A stretch of DNA of 58,684 nucleotides, filler included, from Sphacelaria rigidula (Eukaryota): assembly GCA_964200075.2 (NCBI GenBank). It is 3 parts of 3 records of this genome, joined end to end, with 100 filler letters (N's around TTAATTAATTAA, not from the genome) between each part and the next. Parts side by side here need not be neighbours in the genome. Positions count along the whole stretch, not along the records: positions 19,603 to 39,093 come from CAXNAA020000656.1; 2 more parts are not named here. One strand, given 5' to 3'. This document shows, one piece after another, positions 25,901 through 38,501 of this stretch. The position numbers and the translations under genes are program-made. The notes below the pieces were generated by a model. It was not told where the DNA came from. It saw nothing but the letters and a program-made list of their open reading frames with translations, and did not search any database. Each line of letters starts with the position of its first letter. Positions within the stretch are counted from its first letter, which is position 1.

Positions 25901-28900
25901 CAGAAGACATGTGAGGAACAGTGCCTGAAGACCCTCACCGTTAGCCCGCAGAAAAAATATATCCACGAATGTCCTCTCACCAAAGAATGAACGCGGTGGC
26001 TCATGAAAGGGCAGTGATGACGTCGATACCTCCACATGCATGGAGGAGGAAATTCCCACACGTGTCCGTCGAGGAAATCACGTTTTTCACAAAACCTCTC
26101 ATCATATTGTCGTGCATGTGTTTCGTCGCTGTTTGTAGCCGGCGCGTTCGGCTTGGGCACGATGGTCATCAAGGGACGGCAAGCGGGCCTCGAGTTTTTC
26201 GCTGGCTACATCGTGGAGCAATCGCTTTCGGTGGACAACCTTTTCATCTTCATCATGCTCTTTGACTACTTCAAAGTTCCCGCGGAATTCCAGGTACTGG
26301 AGGCGTCTCTGTTCTATGTTTTGGGCAGCTGTGGAGTATCTGAACAATCGTAGGTTTTCGGTGATGGTGATGTTGACGATGAGGAATGTAAATCAAACAT
26401 TTTCGTCGGTTGCAGGCCAAACGTAATGAAGATCTAGGGAGAGACAGAAGTGACACGCAATTTTCCACGCGTAGGACAGCTCATGAGCTAGCTCATCTGC
26501 GGGCGGTAGCCCACTTGTAGTCAAACTTGTACATGGGAGCTACGTCCGATAGCTCAACACAAGGCAAACGGGCGCTGATGAGAGCTCATGCATCTCTCAT
26601 AGCTCATCCAGGGCAAACATGTGTAGCTCATGTAGCTCTCACAGCTCACCCAGGGAAAACATATGCGGATGAGCTACGCTCGATAGCTCACCCAAGGCAA
26701 ATATGTGTAGCTCACGCAGCTCTTGTAGCTTACCCGGGGAAAACATGAGCGAATGAGCTACGCCCGGTAGCTCACCCCAGGGACACATGGTTGTGGCTCA
26801 TTCACGTCATATGCCTAGCTCGCCGCTGGCCAACCCCGTGTCGCTTATGATGCAACATTCTTGTTCGAACGGATGGTGCTACATATCATTAGGTTGTGAT
26901 GCTTCACCACACTCTTCGCGATAGGAAGAAAACGAAGCCAACACATCCTCGCCCGCTTGGTCGGATGGTTGAAAAAAATATTAGTATTCAGTGTCTACAG
27001 TAATCGACCGATTCATTTCTTTTGATCGGTTGGCCGCGAGGGTACGAGTCCATCTGGTTATGCATACGTTTTTCAAGTGAAATTGGGGCCGATTCAACAG
27101 ATGACCTATGCCCGCTGTCAAGGGATTAGCCCTTTGACCGCGAGGGTAGGCGATCTGATGAATCAGCATAATTCACTTGATTTTTACGGTGTGAATGATG
27201 CCGATTCAGAGACCTACCCTCGCGGTCGAAGGGATAGGCAATTGTAGCTCTCATAGCTTTCATAGCTCATCCAGGGCAAACATGTGTAGCTCATGCATCT
27301 CTTATAGCTCGTCCAGGGCAAATATGCGTAGCTCATGCATCTCTTATAGCTCGTCGAGAGCAAACATGTGTAGCTCATGCAGCTCTCATAGCTCACCCAG
27401 GGCGAATATGAGCTGATGAGCTACGGGTTGGTAGCTCGCCTATCGCAAACGTGCGTAGCTCATGTAGCTCTCATAGCTTACTAGGGAGCTACGCTCAAAA
27501 AGAGCTAGCTCGAGCTATAGCGAGCTAATCTGTGCGACATGTGCAATTTTCTGATTGACCAGAAGTTAACTCATGAAACGTGATTGGCTAAAGTTGCTTG
27601 GTCGAAGGTTGGCCTCAACCGTGAGCGCTTGTGGCAGAGGGCTTTTACACGTGAATGGCGTCACTCCCATCGTCTTCAATTTCGTGATCCAAGACGGCAT
27701 AATCACTCGATCCGTGAGTCTCGTACGTCGCGAGGTGACACCGCTTGTCTGGTCGGCAGTCTGCTGCTTGTTTGACGCTCTTGTGTGTGACAAGCAGCCC
27801 ACTGCTGGCCACGCAAAAGGTGCAACGGCATCGCGTCTTGTGCAAAAGGGGTAGGAAGACCACCTGTCCCTGACACGGGGCCAACTACCCCGCCACTTGA
27901 CAAGTTTCGCAGATCGATTATCGTATCGCCTTGGTCATAAAGTTGGAGACGGTGGACAGGAAGTACAAACGCGGCTCTGTGCTGAGAGACGCGAGCTTCG
28001 GGCTCACGTCTGGTTTTTAATACTTCAAACAGGCGTTCTTCGCCCCGTTTCATGCCAAAAAAGGAGATCGTGTAAGTTCCCGTTGCCAAAATGACAGTAT
28101 TGTACATCAACAAACCGCCGCGACGCCTCCTCATCTCCGAGAGATGAACCGGGGATATATAAAAAGAGACATGCTATTTTCTCCCGACCCAAGTTGAGCT
28201 CTGTGTTTAACGCGTGTTCGGCTTTTTTTCTTGCGTTTTGTGCGCGGATGGTTCCTGCGTATATAAATTTTTGCATATTCCGCCCCACCATCTCACGAAA
28301 GACATGTGCGATGATATGCAAACATGAAGAGGTGAAGAAATATTCCCCTCTGGAGTCGACGAAAATGTTGTTGTCCTCACATGAAAAGCCGTTCCCGTAT
28401 CTGCGCAGTACTTGCTTCCGTACTGGGCATCTAGTGCAGACGCCTTCCGTGATCACAAGGCTAATTACCGAAAGAAAATAAATTAAAATAGAAAATGACC
28501 CAAAAAATCAACGCAGACACGATGAAATGAAAGTAAGTGATGATAGCCCCATATGATCGGTGCCGCAAGGGACCATTTGGATTAATGATAGAACCCAACG
28601 CTCCCAATTGACACGTAAAGCGAAGCAGAAATAGAACCAGCATCAAGAACCAAGGATGGCTAACCATAGCAGTAGAAACCGCATAATTCTATCCTTGTAC
28701 CTTTACCAGGCCGGGATGTATTCCCCGGCGGGGTTACGCCGGTTATGCCCGCTCCCCATCCATATCTACACATGCGTGGGGGGTCTACAGCAACCAAGGC
28801 GCACATGTCATTGAATAGGTGATGAAGATGCCGTTTTTCGTTCAACATGATGTTTCATTTTTTTTTTCTTGTATTTTTGCCGGGTATAAATTACGTGGTG

Positions 28901-31900
28901 TTGTTTTTATCTTCTACTTGAAGTTCGACCTCGCTCACGGGTGGCAGCCGGGCTGTATTTTACAAATGTAAAGAAGAGTCCTGACAAGAGAGCGCACGTC
29001 TTGACAGACTAGATGCGTACCTAGCGTTGGCAGCTTTTTCTGTCAAGGATTGGAGGTTGCACAGAAAACGGTGCCCTCAACCGGGTACAGTATATCGTCA
29101 ATAACCTCCCCCCTCCCCCCCGCTATAGGGCTTTGTAGGGGCGAACCCCCCATGGGGCTGGCCTCGTTTGGCGATGACGCTATAAAACACCCCACTCACT
29201 GCGCACGCTAGGCAACGAGGTTACCGATCTTGTTTTGCGCACTTGCGTTTTGCTTTGCGGTAAACATGATGGTGGTCGAGCTAGATCATGTCGGTCGGCG
29301 TGGGAGAACCTCAAGTCCGCACAATTGGAATGATCTTATCACGTAGTGTTTCAATGGTGAGACACCCACTAGGCAGTGTAAAAGCCGTGGCTGTCTCAGA
29401 AAGTGGCGATACCAGATAATAAAGCAATTCATCGTAGGCTGTCATCCAAACGCAAGATAATCAGTAGGCTTCGGGCCGAATAATCTTTTAGCTGGATGCC
29501 GCTCACCCTGCATGCGACTCGCCGAACGCATCACGGCGCTTCGCGCTTGATGATTGAGTGCGAGCCTAGTCCGGCAAAAACCCGGCGTGCTCTGTCTGGG
29601 CTTTGTAGGGATGCGAGGTCAATGATCTTGCAACTATGGCATGCATGATCATGAGTACATATCCCCGGGTATACAGACAACCGTACCCTACAGAACACAA
29701 CTTCGCTATTTTTGTTCACCTGTATGCCCTTTTTTGTTCGATGGTGACCCTCCTGTGGGTTCCGCAGGACACCGAATAACCTCAAGTATGTCCTGTTTTG
29801 TCAATCTACCCCTTGCCGGAAAGGCCGAAAAGCCCAACTAGCAACAAATTGTGGTCTCCTGCCGGTTGTTCCGCAGACCCGAAATATGGAATGATTTCTG
29901 CAGGGCGTGCATTGCTCACGTGTGGAGGTCACAAATATCCAAAGATGTGTGAAATGAAAGTATTGCCGTCGCATGCCTGCACAACGACAAATGAAGTAGA
30001 ATGAGAGCGTAGCGGGATCTGAGAGTTGTCGCTCGGGATGAATCGCGTACCATATGCAGCTGTCGGATTGTTATCAAGTACAAGTCAGATTACGCATAAT
30101 CGGATGGACGGCTGAGAAAATGTAGAATATGTAATATGAAGAATATTTCAACTTTATGAGGGGAGCAAAGCACCAAACGCCGAAGTGTAGGGGAACAGTG
30201 TCGATGTCCGTCACAAAGTATGTTTGGCAGCAGCGCGGCGTCTTCGCTGGCCTTCAGTCAACCGCTAATTATTCACCAAGGTCAACCTCCCCATAAATAA
30301 GGTGGTGCATGGGTGGTCGCTGGTACACGTTATTATCCGAATTTTAGAGCTTCTCTAAGTTATGGTACAACACCGCGTTGGGTTCATAGACGTGCGTTCA
30401 GCGACAGCATCGAGTTGTGATCGCATGAGTTATTGCGTTGTGTAACCACTGTAAAATCGCCTATATCCTGGAACATGTGTTTGCTCAAAAATGCCACCGC
30501 CACCGACGGACGAAGCCAATGGTGCTCTTGTCTCGGTTACCCAGTTGTCCAGGGATGGTGGCTATCACCCCTTTTCCGATCCCAACGGTAACACGAGCGT
30601 GCGATGATCCTTTCCGATGCGTTGTCTGAAGAAAAGTTGCCAAGAGTGTGTGCATGCGTAAGACGAACGGTGTCACACGTTTTTTCATAAAATGAAAGAA
30701 TATCGCCGAAGAAAAAACGCAGAAGAATATCATTTTTCATCATCGCACCTGCTGTAGCACCTGACCTGAGGGTACAGGATTCTCACGAGTTTTTGCGAGT
30801 GACGTTGGCTCTCTTGACTCACTTGAGTTTGACTTGCTTGCCTGTATTGCTCGATTTGCTCGTTGTCTTATTTGAAACGTGATTTTTTACTCAGTCTCGA
30901 GTGCTAAACTGGGGCATCATCGGTGCTGTGTCTATGCGAGCTGTCATGATCGTTCTGGGCGTTGCGGCTATCCAACGCTTCCGGTAAGTTCCGTGTTTTT
31001 TCTATTATGAAAGGTTCATCCAGACTATCCTAGGGGAATGGTCGGGTTTACCCTTTGAACCTCTCAGATTAGCACAAAGTCGATGGGTCGGATCTTGTTC
31101 ATTGGGAGGACGGTTCCAAGTAGATGTCAAAATCAAATATTGCTCCGTGATTCGCAGAAAATAGAAGGTGGGGGAGACGCCCTCGTTGTCACTTTTGTTT
31201 TCAAGAGTGCAAGGTTTGTATTTGACGATATGGCGCAAATAATGAGCATGCAGCAGTCATCTCTTTTCTTTTCTTCTTTTTTACACGTAATTTTTACTCT
31301 CTACCTTATACTATCATTATGATTATTCATCAACCCCTCGCTTGGTCCGGCGAAAACCCAGCGTGCTCCGTCCCCGCTTTGTAGGCATGCGATGCCAATA
31401 GTCTCATGACTAAGGCATGCAAGATTATGAGTACTCCCCCCCCCACCCCCCCCCCCCCCCCCCCCCCCCCCACCAGCCACCAAACGGCTACGCNNNNNNN
31501 NNNCCCGCCCCGCTTTGTAGGCATGCCGTGCCAATAGTCTCACGAATAAGGGAGGAAAGATTTTGGGTTCCCCCCCCCCCCCCCCCCTCCCCCCCTCCCT
31601 CCCGGGTCGGCGTCGGTTGGCAATGACGCTGTAAAACACGCCACTCACTGCGTAAGCGAGGCAACCAACTTACCGTTTTATTGCGGTAACGATTATGGTG
31701 GTCGAGCTAGATCATATTGTGCGGGGTGGGAGAACCTCAATTATTCGCGAAGGGGATGGTCGTACTAGTGGTGCTCATATGGTCGGACACCCATGAGGCA
31801 GTCAGTGTAAAGGCCATGGCTGTCTCTAGCAGTGACGATGCCAGAAAATGAAGCAACTCATCGGAGGCTGTCATCCAAATGTAAGATAATCAGTAGGCTT

Positions 31901-32791
31901 CGGGCCGAAAAACATCAGTAGGATGTAGCTCACCCTTCATACGACTCGCCGAACAAGCAAATCCCGGCGCTTCGCGCTTGATGGTTGATTACGAGCCTGG
32001 TCCGGCGAAAACCCGGCGCGCTCCGTCGCGCCTTGTTCGGGATGCGAAGTCAAATGTGTTGAAACTGCGACATTGCAAGAGAATGGGTACATCCCGCTCC
32101 CCCCCCCCTCTCCCCCCTTCTTTTACAGGTGGGTGATGCTGTTCTTTGCCGGTATTCTAGTGGTGTCTTCAGCCAACCTCATCATGGAAAAAGAAGAGGA
32201 CCACGGCGACAGCAGCCATCTAGAAAATAATACAGTTCTCAAAGTCGCCAAATGGATGTGTGACTCCACAGACTACTACGACGGAGAAAAATTCTTCACA
32301 ATGGTGAGTGACACCGGGCGGGGGAAGGAGGGTTATCTTCCTCCACAGGGAGAATGTGCACTTCTGACAGATAGCTTGATGGGATGCATAGTATATCACT
32401 GCAGACAGGGATATGTATAGCTGAAGCGTAAAAGCCGTGCAGCATGTTGCTCGTATGAACTGCGTTATCGTACGTATCTTCAAGAGATTAACATTTCTTT
32501 TCTGCTTGATGTCAAATTTACACAATCCAGCCCACTCATATTGCGCTCAATTACCAGGGAAGGCAGCGGTGACCCCTGTAGTCACCTCGTCCTACAATAA
32601 ATAATATTTTTTCCTGTGAGGATAATCGCCAATTGACAACGTCGGCCACAGGAGGGCCACCCTAGTTGACTATGTGTATTACCAGTACGTGGTGCACCAC
32701 CCCCTACATTACACCCATTGGTGATACGTTTTCGACTGAATTCGGCTCCATGTCGATATCTACAGTACTGTACTGAGGTACGTGATATATC

Positions 32792-32825
<34 letters not shown>

Positions 32826-35800
32826 GGAAGCCCGCCCCCCCCGGGGCAGGATTCTTTCGGGTCGGAAGTATTATCCGGGATGGGGGGGCTAATCGCCGAA
32901 ACCCTCCCCCTAGGGAGTAAGCGCCACTCCCTGGTGAATAGTTCTCTGGCTCTAACAAGTCATCACTCGGTGTGTGTACACAATCTCAGCTACGGTAGAG
33001 CTTCACGGTCACAACAGCATAGAAGCCCGAAATCACATCGTGCTTGGAGAAAGGGAACATGCTTTTATGGGCACTGGGCGGATGTCTTACAAAAAGTCTT
33101 GTGTGTGGTTTTGTAACTGTGTGATCGTGTGTGTTGTTCCGTGTCGTGCTCCTCCTCCGGTCTCTTGTGGTCTCACCCCCGTGATGTAAATGTTTTGCAA
33201 AGCTGGCTGTTTGTACTAGGTTTTGGTTGTCGTTGTAAGCGCACGTGCAGTCATACCGTGTGGAAGAAAATGCAAAAGCGGTGATGAATGCGCATCCCAG
33301 TGGCGAGGAACGATATATACCGGTAAAATATAATAACAGCACGGTAGCCAAGGAAATATTTGGGGAACAAGAAAGAGTTGGACCGTATTTTACGGTTGGT
33401 GTTTCGTATTGTTGGGTTGGCGCATTTTCCACCCTTGGGACATCTATCACGGTCTTTGGACCCCAAGTAGGGAATACCGCCGTCACACATGTTGGACTCC
33501 TTGCATCACAACACCGAGAGGAGTCTACAGAAAATACCTGTAGGCACCGTTTTTTTTCGTCCAGCTGTATTTTCATTTACCGGCCATTCGATGTCTGATG
33601 ACGATATTCCCCATTCGTAGTTGAAAAGCCGTGTCGAACGACGGGAAGAGGAAAATGCATCCTCCCCAAAAAAACAACCGTAAGAAACGATCTTGAAGCT
33701 GCAATAACTCCCCCGAAACAAAGACACAAAACGTCTTTTTTGATGGGAAATCAAACGCCACACTGGTGCAACTTTCGCTAGGAAACTAAATAGCGATATT
33801 CATTCTGAACGCAGGTTGATCCACTGTATGCTCAATCTAAACCTCCCCACCCCCCAGATCCATCACGAAAAGCTCACTCGTTACATACGTCCACATACCA
33901 CTTGTCGCATATATTATCGGAGCCAGTCGCCCCGGTGGCTCGGGTGGTGAACTCGAAACCTTCTGATGGTTGGGTCGTGGGTTCAATTCTCGGAGCGATC
34001 TGGGTTTTTTTCTCACACCATGCCCATCAGTTGAGAGCGACAATCTCGTGGGTACATTAAAGTCAACTCAACGATCGACAAGGGAAAGGGATTACCGAAC
34101 CCCTCTCGCGATAAAAAAAAGGCAAGTACCGCAAAAGGACGGGTGGGTAACAAATGAAAAAAAAAGTTCCTGGGTTGACTTTCCTCCTGTGACCGCGGCT
34201 GGTGCGCCCACATGTACGGAAAGGTGTAGACCGGCGTCCAGAATAGATAGGACAACACACACACACACACACACACACACATTGTCGGCATCGCTGTGCG
34301 ATTGCGCAGCCCTGTGTCGACCCTCCAACACGCGTGTTTTTATGTATTTTCACTGCAGTGCGATGTTCGAGTCGTATTTCGTACCCATCGGGGACCAATG
34401 GGTGCTCTTCTTTTCATGAATTGATCTGACCAGGATATGCAAGCCCGTAATGATACCGAGGCTGAGCGTTTCATTTCCCATGGCCCCATCCCTCGTCTCT
34501 TCGTTTCACTTTAGGTTGATGGAGCCAAGAAAGCCACGCCTCTACTGCTGTGCCTGATCTGCATTGAGCTGACGGACTTTGTGTTCGCCGTGGATTCGAT
34601 CCCCGCGGTTCTGGGCGTCTCCCAAGACACGTTCATAGTCTACGCTTCTAATGTACGTGCTGCGTTCCGAAGCTCTTCAACGGTAGAGACAAACACTGTA
34701 AGGTTGTGCACTGGTCGAGCTACTTGGTGAACACATGGTGCTGCTGTGCTTGTCGCCATGTGCTTTTTTTTATTCATTTCATGTTGCTTCATTTCCGTCA
34801 CGTTTTTCGTACAGTCAGTCTCGTTTGACCTCTTGAAGGCTTGAATTTTCCTACAGGTGACTTGCAGTTCATGGTTCACATTACACGGAATTTCACCCTC
34901 AACCCTTCACAGCCACCGGGGGTCATTCGGGTCTCCTGATCGTTTTCGATTAAAATCGGTGCCGGACAGGACAGATCACGTACTTATTCTGGCGTTCAAA
35001 GGATTGGCCTTGATTTTTGACCCATGTGTTGACTGGACTCGACTGCATAGACACATTTTTCTTTTTTTTGGACGCATTTTGCTGAAATGAGACATACGAG
35101 TTCCGTACCTCCCTCTGGCTTTATTCAGGTGTTCGCCATCTGCGCTATGCGAAGCATCTATACCCTTGTCAGCCACGCCATATCAGACTTGCCCTATCTC
35201 AAGCCGGCGGTGGCGCTGGTTCTCGGGTTTGTGGGCATCAAGATGTTTGCGGAGTTCTTCCACTATAAAATTGGCATCGGGGCTTCCCTGGGAGTGGTGA
35301 GAGAGCATGCTGCATGCGGTTCAGGGGATCTTTTCGTGCAAGGAAACGTTGAACGTTCGGATATTGTACGTCGAAAAAAAATGTTTTTATTTCGCGTAGC
35401 GGTTTTGATTACTTCGCTTGATTCCTTTTGTTGGTGCCGTTGTTGTCGTCTGAACCAGTCGAGTTCTCCTCATCTTTGGTCCCCAAATCCGTGTTCAAAA
35501 ATACGTAAATTTATTGTAGACTACCATATTCGGACCTTTACAAGGCTCACAGTCCCGAGGAAAGGGGGTTGAAATTGTACAGAGAAGAGAAGTAAAAAAC
35601 GAGTGGACGAGCTCGGAGAAAAATTGTAGTCTTCCGAGCTACACAAACAACCCCATAAACATATTATATGTTCATGACTGACCAGGTATCAGGAATCTTG
35701 ACGGCGGGCGCTGTTGCCAGCATTATCTCCAACAAAAAACGCGATGCGGCTGAAGCGGCGGCGGCCATGAAAGGCGACAGCGGACTGACCTTCAAGCTCC

Positions 35801-36456
35801 ACGCCGCGGGCGGGGGAGAGGCGGGCGGGGCGGGAAACACCCCACTTACTGCCAGCCACGGACAAGTAGACACAGTAGACTCCTTTTCCCAGGTGGAAAC
35901 TCCGGAACCAACCGCCAATGACAGCGATAACAGCAGTAGTGATGCCCTCGAAGAATCGACGAGCCTCGCCATAGAGCAAGTAAAAGACGCAGCAGCCAGC
36001 GCAACTGGCGTCACGCAAGCGGTGGAGGCGGCGGCAGATGAGACTGTCATGGGCGACGGAAGGCTTGATTCCGTCGCAGATGAAATGGAAGGCGGCTTGG
36101 CTGCCGAAGGCATTACTGATGCGGTGGAGAAGGTTGACACGATGGTGTCGGTAGAGAGCCCGGAGGGCGCAGGGAAGAGCGATTTGTCGGCGGCGAGCGC
36201 GGCGGCGGTAGCGGAGGATGCGATACCGGCAGAAGGGGTCGCCGAGGGGAGGGAGGAGGGGGGGCAGGGGATGGTGGCGGGTGTTGGTGGGGCGGGGGAT
36301 AAAGCTCAGGAGTCGGTTGCGAGCGCTGTCGGCACCCTTGACAGGGGGGTTGAGGTAGGGGAGGGCCGGGTGCCGATAGAAAGTAGGGAGCAGTTTAAGG
36401 AGGCGGGGGATGGGCGAGAGGAGATGGAGTCTAAAGACGCGGGAGATGGGGCTTGA
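22588..36456 (+). CDS. TerC: Spliced gene: TerC-family integral membrane protein (plant/algal thylakoid TerC-like) with N-terminal signal peptide and acidic C-terminal tail
   Basis: Exons 22588-22942, 23422-23502, 26139-26293, 30895-30983, 32129-32303, 34515-34652, 35129-35296 and 35686-36456 join in frame. Motifs: EFFAGYIVEQSLSVDNLF, QSRVLNWGIIGAVSMR, YDGEKFF, TPLLLCLICIELTDFVFAVDSIPAV, ASNVFAI, FVGIKM. Confidence 0.92.
23422..23502 (+). CDS. TerC: TerC exon 2
   Basis: ttcag|GT GGC...KKDDAYKSAVLRTSLLCMC G|gtgagc, phase 1 on both sides. Confidence 0.75.
24663..25016 (+). mobile_element. tRNA-derived SINE
   Basis: Head GCCCCGGTGTCTCAGTTGG (A box) and GGTCGAATCT (B-box-like). Body matches 34050-34260 and ends in (CA)n. 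Confidence 0.7.
26139..26293 (+). CDS. TerC: TerC exon 3
   Basis: tgtag|(A)GAFGLG...EFFAGYIVEQSLSVDNLFIFIMLFDYFKVPAEFQ|gtactg. Confidence 0.93.
26466..27543. mobile_element. Non-autonomous CAC...GTG DNA transposon with 42-bp AGCT arrays, in TerC intron 3
   Basis: Imperfect TIR CACGCGTAGGACAG / CACATGTCGCACAG, exact 8-bp TSD CAATTTTC, tandem 42-mers TAGCTCATG TAGCTCTCA TAGCTCACCCAGGGCAAACATGTG. Confidence 0.85.
29150..29666 (+). mobile_element. About 500-bp dispersed repeat associated with C-runs
   Basis: Homologous to 31600-32095, 31340-31445, 36775-37290 (-) and 39194-39246, ends GAGTACA(T)CCCC. Confidence 0.75.
30895..30983 (+). CDS. TerC: TerC exon 4
   Basis: ctcag|SRVLNWGIIGAVSMRAVMIVLGVAAIQRF CG|gtaagt (manual translation). 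Confidence 0.93.
31340..32100 (+). mobile_element. Partial plus full copy of the C-run-associated repeat around a poly-C/N gap
   Basis: Same motifs as 29150-29666 (tggtggtcgagctagatcat, gataatcagtaggcttcgggccgaa, tccggcgaaaaccc). Confidence 0.75.
32129..32303 (+). CDS. TerC: TerC exon 5
   Basis: tacag|G WVMLFFAGILVVSS...YYDGEKFFTM|gtgagt. Confidence 0.93.
33921..34281 (+). mobile_element. tRNA-derived SINE
   Basis: GCCCCGGTGGCTCGGGTGG ... GGTTCAATTC head, (CA)n tail at 34255-34281. Confidence 0.75.
34515..34652 (+). CDS. TerC: TerC exon 6
   Basis: tttag|VDGAKKATPLLLCLICIELTDFVFAVDSIPAVLGVSQDTFIVYASN|gtacgt (manual translation). Confidence 0.94.
35129..35296 (+). CDS. TerC: TerC exon 7
   Basis: ttcag|VFAICAMRSIY...LGFVGIKMFAEFFHYKIGIGASLGV|gtgaga. 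Confidence 0.93.
35686..36456 (+). CDS. TerC: TerC exon 8 (last TM helix + acidic low-complexity tail, stop)
   Basis: accag|VSGILTAGAVASII...DAGDGA TGA. Confidence 0.85.
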   Translation, partial: VSGILTAGAVASIISNKKRDAAEAAAAMKGDSGLTFKLHAAGGGEAGGAGNTPLTASHGQVDTVDSFSQVETPEPTANDSDNSSSDALEESTSLAIEQVKDAAASATGVTQAVEAAADETVMGDGRLDSVADEMEGGLAAEGITDAVEKVDTMVSVESPEGAGKSDLSAASAAAVAEDAIPAEGVAEGREEGGQGMVAGVGGAGDKAQESVASAVGTLDRGVEVGEGRVPIESREQFKEAGDGREEMESKDAGDGA

Positions 36457-36774
36457 CTCTTCTTTTCTGTAGCTGGAGTGTTCCGATTGTGTTGGCTGAT
36501 TTCTGACAGTGGCTTCCGTGTGTTCGTGACGTGAAGGCTTTGCTGTTTTGTAGGGCTAGCATCAAGATCGCCACTCCCGCCTTTTTTTTCTTGTACAAGT
36601 TTTGTACCTGATTCACCTTTACGCGTTTGGGGCATTTGGTTCTCGGTCCGAATCCTCTTTTTGACTCTAATTCTCTGAGATGGTTTTTGGCAGCGAGATG
36701 TAACTGCTGCTGTTTTTGCAAGATAATGCTGGCACTATTCCCGCTGATTCGTCAAGTATGGTGGGGTTGGTGGG

Positions 36775-37292
36775 GAGGTGTAGTCATGATTTTGCATGCC
36801 ATAGTCACAACATTAGCCTCGCATCCCTACGAAGAAGCCGGGCTGGAGCACGCCGGGTTTTCGCCGTATCAGGCTCGCAATCACCAAGCGCGAGGCGCCG
36901 TGATATGTATCTGCGAGTCGCATGGGGAGGGTGAGCTGCAATCTGCTGAGATTTTCCGGCCCGAAGTGTACTAATTATCTTGCATATGGATGACAGCCTC
37001 CAATGAGTTGCTTCATTTTCTGGGATCGCCACTCTCAGAGACATCCATGTGTTGGAACACTGCCTCAAGGGTGTCCCACCATGCGAACACTACACGGTAC
37101 AATCACCCGCTTTGTACGAGTTCGGTTCCTCTATCCTTCACAATATGATCTAGCTCGACCACCATCACGGTTACCGCAAAAAACGTAAGCAACAAGAACG
37201 ATACCCTGGTTGCCTAGCGTAAGCAGTGAGTTGCGTGTCTTACAGCGTCGTTGCGAACCGATGCCGACCCTCACAGGGAGTTGGGGAGGGGG
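36775..37292 (-). mobile_element. Copy of the C-run-associated repeat
   Basis: Reverse complement of the 29150 and 31600 copies, G-rich flanks on the plus strand. Confidence 0.75.
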
Positions 37293-38389
37293 CGGTTGAC
37301 TTACAAGAATTTAGAAGGTGTCTGAGCTTTACTAGCGAAGAAGGCTCAATTCCTCACGTCATTCGGTACATGTCGGTGCATCAGCCGGAATCGCTACTAA
37401 CGGTGGTGTGTATGACGGGTGGATTAAATCATGACTAGTCGGCTCGTGTGCATGTGACGATCAGTCCCACCATTTCATGTTTGTATAGCCGATTTATGCT
37501 CTTGTATCCTGTAGACGTCCGAAAAGATTTGGAGGGACCACTCTAGGGGGGCAGATGATATCATTTTATTTCATGGGATCTGTTGGTATTTTTTTCATCA
37601 TTTTTCAAGTAGACGAAATCACAACACTAAATGTTGCGTATTTTGTGAGGATATCCACATCGTGTGTACACTTTGTTCCTTTTGCGGTGAATTATATCAT
37701 GCGTGAGTCATCTCGTACCTATCGAAGATGAGAGAGTACGATGTCGTGTATAGTTCCCTTCATATATTCCAATTTTGAAATTGATTTGTTGTCTCAGGCT
37801 ATTTCAGATTCGGCATACGATTTCTGTGACGGAAAACACTCTCGTTTTTTTCGGAGTACTTTTACAAAAACTAGGAGAACTTTTGAAAAAACGAGCAGAA
37901 CTTTTCGAAAAACTGCTCAAACCACCCCATTATATGTAGTACAGGGTAGTATACTCGACACAATATAATTCTGCAGTGGTGTATGGATTACAGAGTACTG
38001 CACTCAACACAAGACAACACAGCAGTTCTGCAGCATCACGAGAAATCGCGCGCCGTTCAAATCGAGTATTCTAGGGTGGGAAACAAGTGGTACCGAAACG
38101 GTAAAACAGCATGCGAACAGACCAGCGACTTCAAGGAGGGCGGCAATCACGCGCAAGGGGGTATTGATATTGCGCAGGTCGAAACGCGGACCGCGTTCCG
38201 AACGAGAAGAAGCAACAGCAGCAGTATCAGCAGCATCTTTACTGCCAACAGATGTAGGCGGCTGGGCGTGGGTCCAAATCAGCCGGTGCCGATATGTGTG
38301 TGTGTCAGTGCTGTCCAGCACGGTGGCTATCATTCGCAGGGTGCGTGGGTGTTGTCGCACGGTCGAAACGCGAACCGTCTACGACCAAG

Positions 38390-38467
38390 CGCAGCAGCAG
38401 CAGCAGCATCGGCGCCGGTTGATTCAGACCCACCCCTAGCCAGCCACGTACATTTACTGGCAATAAA

Positions 38468-38499
<32 letters not shown>
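38390..38499. repeat. (CAG)n and (CTG)n microsatellites in opposite orientation
   Basis: gcagcagcagcagcagca at about 38391-38408, (ctg)9 at about 38472-38498. Confidence 0.85.

Positions 38500-38501
<2 letters not shown>

Noticed and set aside
27195-27416. ORF with SSSRANMCSSCISY repeats
   Set aside because: Translation of the 42-bp AGCT tandem within a transposon in an intron
21540-27543. One large transposon carrying TerC exons 1-3
   Set aside because: The 27543 end pairs with 26466 through an exact TSD (CAATTTTC). The 21540 end has a different flank and is a separate truncated copy.
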